Assembly: GCA_002269645.1 (NCBI GenBank)
Contig: NIVC01001115.1
Location: 311,403-375,402, forward strand
DNA: 64,000 nt
Direction: 5' to 3'
From: Macrostomum lignano
Lineage: Eukaryota
Shown in pieces: positions 57,922 to 64,000 of this stretch (the first letter of the stretch is position 1; each line of letters starts with the position of its first letter). The notes under the pieces were generated by a model. It was given only the letters and a program-made list of their open reading frames with translations, was not told the origin of the DNA and made no database searches. Both the position numbers and the translations under genes were made by a program.

Positions 57922-59795
57922 GACTTGGGGTTTAAGAGGCGGAGTGGATTACTGACTTGTGGATTTATCAGTTGCAATTCATTGTCATATGCGATGCGGT
58001 TGAATCTGCTGTAATTATCATTGAAATGAGTGAAAAAAGTCTGCTACAGCAAAGCGTTGTTTTATTGTCCGTTTTACTTTTAGTAGTATAAGTGGGAAAA
58101 TTGGCCTAGAACTCAAATCGATCGTGTTAAAATGCTTGAATATTGCAGTTAAGCAGTGTGTAATTTTATAAATATCGAATGTTTTAATGTGTTCAAATAT
58201 GCCATAGGTTTTTTGATTTTCTGTTGTCTAAAGCTTGTGTATTTAGAATAATCATGAATTCTATTGTCTAGTTAGTGTTGTCTACAGTGTATTTTAACAC
58301 ACGCATTAATTTTTGCGACATCAAATAGCGTATTTATAGAATTCTGGCAATCGCGTTCAAGTGTTTTTTTAGCCATTTCATTCTTTCATAATGCAATAAA
58401 TTTGTTTCCAGTGAACTACTCGTAAGTGGCTACTATCAGTAGGCTGCAGAGAACATTTTGTTTGAATTTGAATCGACTCGATTTAAAAATTTGTAAACAG
58501 CTTGCTAGACTACTAGTGGGATTGCGCTTTAAATTGTCTCAGCAGTATTGAGTGCCGCTTAGTGAAATGTACTTTTTATGTGCATACATGCCTGTCCAGC
58601 TTTTACCGAAACGATTACAAATATTGCGCGACGCGTCGGTTTTTTTGTACAAATTATTGCAGAATTGTTTTTATCATTTATAGATGCAACTAAACATATG
58701 CCGGCATGACTACTTACAGCGTCCGCTACGAGCAGCTTTTTAAACATTAATTACTTATTAGGCACTCATTATCAATGCGTTCTTAACTGTCTAACTGTAC
58801 GCGAAAACTCTTCTTTCATTCAAGGTCCATTTATGGTTCAAAATTGTGTCATTATTTATGTTTAATTAATTAAGCTTTCGCGTCGCGGCACCAGTCTACA
58901 TCAAGGATCGGCAAACTTTTTACCATAATATATTATCTCACGGCTGGAAGATGAGAGATGATAGGAGGCACAAGCATTGAGCAGGCTCAATTACTATTGC
59001 GAAGTTTCAAAGGACCGAAAGGGTTTGCCGACCCCTTGTTTAATTTTTTTCTCGTTGAAAGCTTGTTGACCAATTTTATTATACTTAATGTTACACTACT
59101 TGTCAAATACATTGCAAGCAATTCTTTCTTTTTAATGTATTCTGATAAGAAAGAAACAAGGCATGAAAAAACAAGGAATTTATTACACACATGAATGACG
59201 TAATAAGTAGCATATGACTCAGCCTGATTGATAGTTAATATTTACTTACAAAAGTACTACAAGTAGCAGTCAATAATTTTGCACAATTTCAAGTTAGGAT
59301 TTCTTAAAACAACCGAAAAATGTCGGTTTTCAGATAAAAAAGACAAGCGCGCATGCGAAGTTCTTTAACCTGTAATTATTAATAATGCAGTGGGGATAAT
59401 CAACGCAAACAGTGATCAAGTCTGTACAGTTTTAGCTGCAAAGTAGTATGGAATTATATTTATATATCATACTTCATATTTATCGCGTTGCACACAGATA
59501 AACAAGGCAATAATAACATATTACTAAAGCGAACGGTTAAAATTAGATCAAATATACATGCTTATTAGTTGCAAGTTTCATACGCTGATGGTTAACACGA
59601 ATAATTATGGCTACACTAAAACAAAAATAAAATTGAGTGCTCAGATTTCTGTTTGAGTCATGCAGTAAAAAATAAATTAATGATTAGTGCGCACCGCAAA
59701 TTGCATCATCGTTTTTAGTTCGGCAGAGAAAAATGCGCGTCAGTTGCATCATACTACTACACTAGTAGTAGCCAGTTGAAAAAAGCAATAATAAT

Positions 59796-62700
59796 TTAAC
59801 CGATCTGATTTTTAAGCGCCTTAATCTCGGCTGTAAAGAAGGCTTCGAGGTCCTTGGTGTCGCGAAATTCGTCGCTAACAATGGGATTGTAGAGTCGCGA
59901 ATTGGCGAAGATGAGCTCCACATCCGCTATGAAGCTGCCCAAGGATTTGTAGCGCTTTTTAACCAGTTTCTGACGCACCGTGCCAAGGTCCATGGGCTCA
60001 GACACAATGGTTAGGTAGTCCCGATATTTGCGAGAGTCCACGGGCTTTAGAAAGATCCTGGCCGAGGGCCGGCTGCACACTCGCTGTAGCAGCTCCAACA
60101 GCTGGCCGTGCAAGCTGGAGTTGATCACCACCTGAGGATTGGGCGTTTCCAAATCAGTGTTTAGAATCAAGCATATGTTATAGATGAATGCGGAAAATTT
60201 CAAAGAAATCCTCGGATTAATAACAGGAAAGCTTCACAAAATTAGATATTCCTTGAGGCAAATCTTTCGGAGGGATTCCCTGAAGGAAATCTATGGGGAA
60301 TTCCTTGAAGGCAATCTATGGGGATTCCCCGAAGTAAATCTATTGGGAGATTCACCGAAGTAAATCTATTGGGGGATTCCCTGAAGGAAATCTATCGAGG
60401 GATTCCCCGAAGGAAATCTATGGGAATTCCCGGAAGAAAATTTATAGGGATTCTCCGAAGAAAATCAATGGGGTCCTTGAAGGCAATCAATGGGGATTTC
60501 CCGAAGAAAATCTATGGGGATTCCCCGGAGTAATTCTTTCGGAGATTCCCCGAAAGAAATCTATGGGGATTACCCGAAGGAAGTGTATGCGTCACCCACC
60601 CCAAAAAATCCATTGAGACATTGCAAAAATGAAATGACATTAAGAAATCCCTCCAGCAAGTTCCTCTAATAAAAACTACCATACCTGATGATTGCTTTTA
60701 GCCTTCCAACTGCCCCGACAACTAGAGCAGGTGTAAGAGGCCAGCGCTTTAGCTTTAGCCTCGGACAGTCCAACGCATTCAACGTGGAACCAATCGTCGC
60801 ACACGTCGCAGGCCAGATAGACTCTGGTGGCGTCGTACGGCGTCCGGCACAGGCAGTAGAGCTCGGGCTGGTCGCTAACACCGGCGGCGGATTTCCGACC
60901 AGGGCCGCGGGCCTCCTTGTCGCGACAGGCCCGGCACAGATAGCCGTCAAGTTGGGCGGCTTCGTCTTCGCTGAGGCCGACGCACCTGCCGTGGTACCAA
61001 TTGTCGCATCTGTCGCAGCCGATGTAGAATTTAGTCGGATCGTACGGCTGCTGACAGACGCAGTACAGCGGCTCCTGTGCCATCAGCTGCGGCCGTTTAG
61101 CCACCGTTGAAGCCGGCGCCGCAGGCGATCCCGACGATCGCGGACGCTTCCTGCCGCTGGGCGCCGCTTTCTGCTTTTTGCGCTTCTTACCGCCGCTTGG
61201 CGCTTCTGGGGCCGACTCGTCCTCTTCGGTGTCGCCGCCCTCGCCGCCGATGACGCTGTTGAAAACGTCGTCAAGATTGCTGGTCGAATCGGTTGATTGT
61301 TGTTGCGCTTTCTTTTGCTTTTGCTTCTGCTTCTCTTGGCTCTGCTCAGATTGAGCTGGCTGTTGCTGCTTCAAAGGCGTCGGTTTCTTTGGAGAAGCCG
61401 ACTTCTGCTGCTGCTGAGACGGTGGAGGCGGAGGAGGCGGCGACATTGGCTTCCGCTTGGCTTCTTCTCGCTCCTGCTCCATCTCCAGGCGCATCTCCTG
61501 ACAGGCCAGTTGGCGCCGTTTGAGCATGCTCAGTTTGAGCTGGGCCGCCCGGCCAGCCAGGGCTTTCAATAGTCGGTCCTGACGCTCGGCAGTTGCAGCC
61601 GCGGCGGCTACTTGTTGCTTTTTCTGTTGCAGAATCTGCTGTTGCTCCTGCTGCCGTTGTTGCTGTTGCTGTTGTTGTTGTTGCTGCTGCTGTTGCTGTT
61701 GTTGTTGCTTTTGCTGTTGCGGTTGCTGCTGTACAGGCTGAGCAGCCGATCTTTTCCGCTCGTTAAGATCGAACGATTCCTCTTCCGAGTCGGGATTAGC
61801 AGCCGAACTACCACCGATGGCTCGGCGCAGAGCTTCGAGTTGTTGAGCAGTTTTCGGATCTAACGGCGAGTCGCGGTCTGCCTCTGTGCGACGGGCAAAC
61901 AACTGAGGGAGGGAATTTTATTGGGCAGGCGATGATGTACGGCTTTACAGGGGAATTATTGTAAGGGAAGTATAAGAAACAAGGCGAATCTCCAGGGGTA
62001 ATGCGCAGGGGGATTCCCAAATGATGGGTAATAAACCGAGGGGAATTCACCAGTGATGGGTAATAAACCGAGGGGAATTCACCAATGATGGGTAATAAAC
62101 CGAGGGGAATTCCGCAGTGATGGGTAATAAACCGAGGGGAATTCCGCAGTGATGGGTAATAAACCGAGGGGAATTCACCAATGATGGGTAATAAGCCGAG
62201 GGGAATTCCGCAGTGATTGGTAATAAACTGAAGGGAATTCACCAATGATGGGTAATAAGCCGAGGGGAATTCCGCAGTGATTGGTAATAAACTGAAGGGA
62301 ATTCACCAATGATGGGTAATAAACCGAGGGGAATTCCGCAGTGATGGGTAATAAACCGAGGGGAATTCCGCAGTGATGGGTAATAAACCGAGGGGAATTC
62401 ACCAATGATGGGTAATAAGCCGAGGGGAATTCCGCAGTGATTGGTAATAAACTGAAGGGAATTCACCAATGATGGGTAATAAGCCGAGGGGAATTCCGCA
62501 GTGATTGGTAATAAACTGAAGGGAATTCACCAATGATGGGTAATAAGCCGAGGGGAATTCCGCAGTGATTGGTAATAAACTGAAGGGAATTCACCAATGA
62601 TGGGTAATAAACCGAGGGGAATTCACCAATGATGGGTAATAAACCGAGGGGAATTCCGCAGTGATGGGTAATAAACTGAGGGGAATTCCCCAGTGATGTT

Positions 62701-63955
62701 TAATAAGCCGAGGGGAAGTCCCTAGTGATGGGTAACAAACCGAAGCCGTCCTCACCGGTTTCCGCAGAATGGAGCTAGCAGACAGGGTGCCTGAAGAGGC
62801 GGCAATTCTAGCAGTGATTGGATTTCCGCCAGCGCCGCCGGAAACGCTGAGAATCTTTGGCGGCTGATTGTTGAACTGTTGCTGCTGCTCCTGCTCAGGT
62901 TGCAGACTATGCTGCTCGGGTGCTGCAGACTGCTGACGCGGCTGGGTCATGAGTCTCACTTGGGCTAGCTGAGTTGGCTTCAGCTGCTGAGGCCGTTGCG
63001 GCGGAGGCGGAGGCGGCTGTTGCGGCGGTTTCGGCTGGGCGATCTCGCACAGCTTCTCGTTGTCACGCAGATTGCGCAACGCTTTAACCATTCTAGTCTG
63101 ATAATAGATCACCTCCCACAGGTGGAGGTCCTTCTCTTTGATCCATTCCTCCTGGGTTTGGCTGCGAGTCTCCCTGGGTTGTTTGGTTCGGAGTGCGATT
63201 GATCGATTCGGGGGGATTGCACAAGGGAGACGATTTTCCTTATTGTCATAGGTGGATTTCCCTTATTGTCATAGGTGGATTTCCCTTATTGTCATAGGGG
63301 GATTTTCCTTGTCATAGGGGGATTTCCCTTATTGTCATAGGTGGATTTCCCTTATTGTCATAGGGGGATTTTCCTTGTCATAGGGGGATTTCCCTTATTG
63401 TCATAGGTGGATTTCCCTTATTGTCATAGGGGGATTTTCCTTGTCATAGGGGGATTTCCCTTATTGTCATAGGAGGATTTCCCTTATTGTCATAGGATTT
63501 CCCTTATTGTCATAGGAGGATTTCCCTTATTGTCATAGGAGGATTTCCCTTATTGTCATAGGAGGATTTCCCTTATTGTCATAGGGAGATTTTCTTATAG
63601 TCACGGGGGATTTTTTTATTGTCATGGGTGAATTCCTTATTGCCGTCAGGACCGATTTTCCTAATCTGCACCCTCAGTCAAACCTGTAAGCTCCGGCGCC
63701 TCGATTGCCTCGATTTCGACGTCGCCGACTTCCGCCGCCGGCCCTGCCGCCGCCAAGACCGGGCATCCAGTCTTCATCGCCGGATTCGGCGCCAGCTCCG
63801 TCCTCGTCGTCCATCAGGCAGTCGTCGGCGCCCTGCAGAGCGGCTGCGTAGCGGCCAATGGCTGGCACGCTGGTGACAATTGTCTTCTCAATCAGGTAGC
63901 GATAGCTGAGGCCGCAACTGTCCAGCTGCTGGTGGCCGCGGACTACCCGGGTCAC
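59796..63955 (-). CDS. BPTF: BPTF/NURF301 homolog, 3' exons 63955-63684, 63161-62756, 61902-60685, 60131-59796. The 5' part lies beyond the window.
   Basis: The conserved BPTF middle motifs (YRYLIEKTIV; EEWIKEKDLHLWEV), a Q-rich region, two PHD fingers (LYCVCQQPYDPTKFYIGCDRCDNWYHGRCVG; LYCLCRTPYD..CDVCDDWFHVECVG) and a terminal bromodomain are present. Splice phases 2, 0, 0 are consistent. Confidence 0.9.
60255..60595. repeat. About 24-bp degenerate minisatellite in a BPTF intron
   Basis: ATCTATGGGGATTCCCCGAAG-type units. Confidence 0.85.
61995..62740. repeat. 32-bp minisatellite in a BPTF intron
   Basis: GATGGGTAATAAACCGAGGGGAATTCACCAAT / ..CCGCAGT units. Confidence 0.95.
63230..63605. repeat. 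20-23-bp minisatellite in a BPTF intron
   Basis: GATTTCCCTTATTGTCATAGG(TG) units. Confidence 0.95.
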
Positions 63956-64000
63956 CTGCCAGGTTGCCGGGGGGGGGGGGGGGTTGAGCAAACTTTGAGC

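Overview
Repeat-rich animal genomic DNA with spliceosomal introns and one assembly gap (15263-15998). The GC3-rich exons, minisatellite-filled introns and huge (GATA)n array suggest a flatworm such as Macrostomum, but this is inference only. Host genes: the 3' exons of an RGK-family GTPase (- strand), a 2-TM protein with a long repetitive tail (+), a short BET bromodomain gene (+) and the 3' half of BPTF/NURF301 (-), the last two tail-to-tail. There is also a tiny NRG4-like EGF+TM gene. The most unusual object is a young 13.2-kb LTR retroelement (31489-44646) with 2.2-kb LTRs, a 4-bp TSD, a tRNA-Leu PBS and a PPT. It encodes Gag and a -1 frameshifted protease but no RT, RNase H or integrase. 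Instead it carries a separately promoted 449-aa orphan ORF in the env position and a possible antisense spliced membrane-protein exon. Other mobile or RNA items: an internally deleted Gypsy copy, a minimal hammerhead ribozyme, a Crypton-type tyrosine recombinase remnant, a tRNA-derived SINE, an RTE fragment, a TSD-flanked non-LTR insertion and a MITE. All calls were made by eye without database searches.
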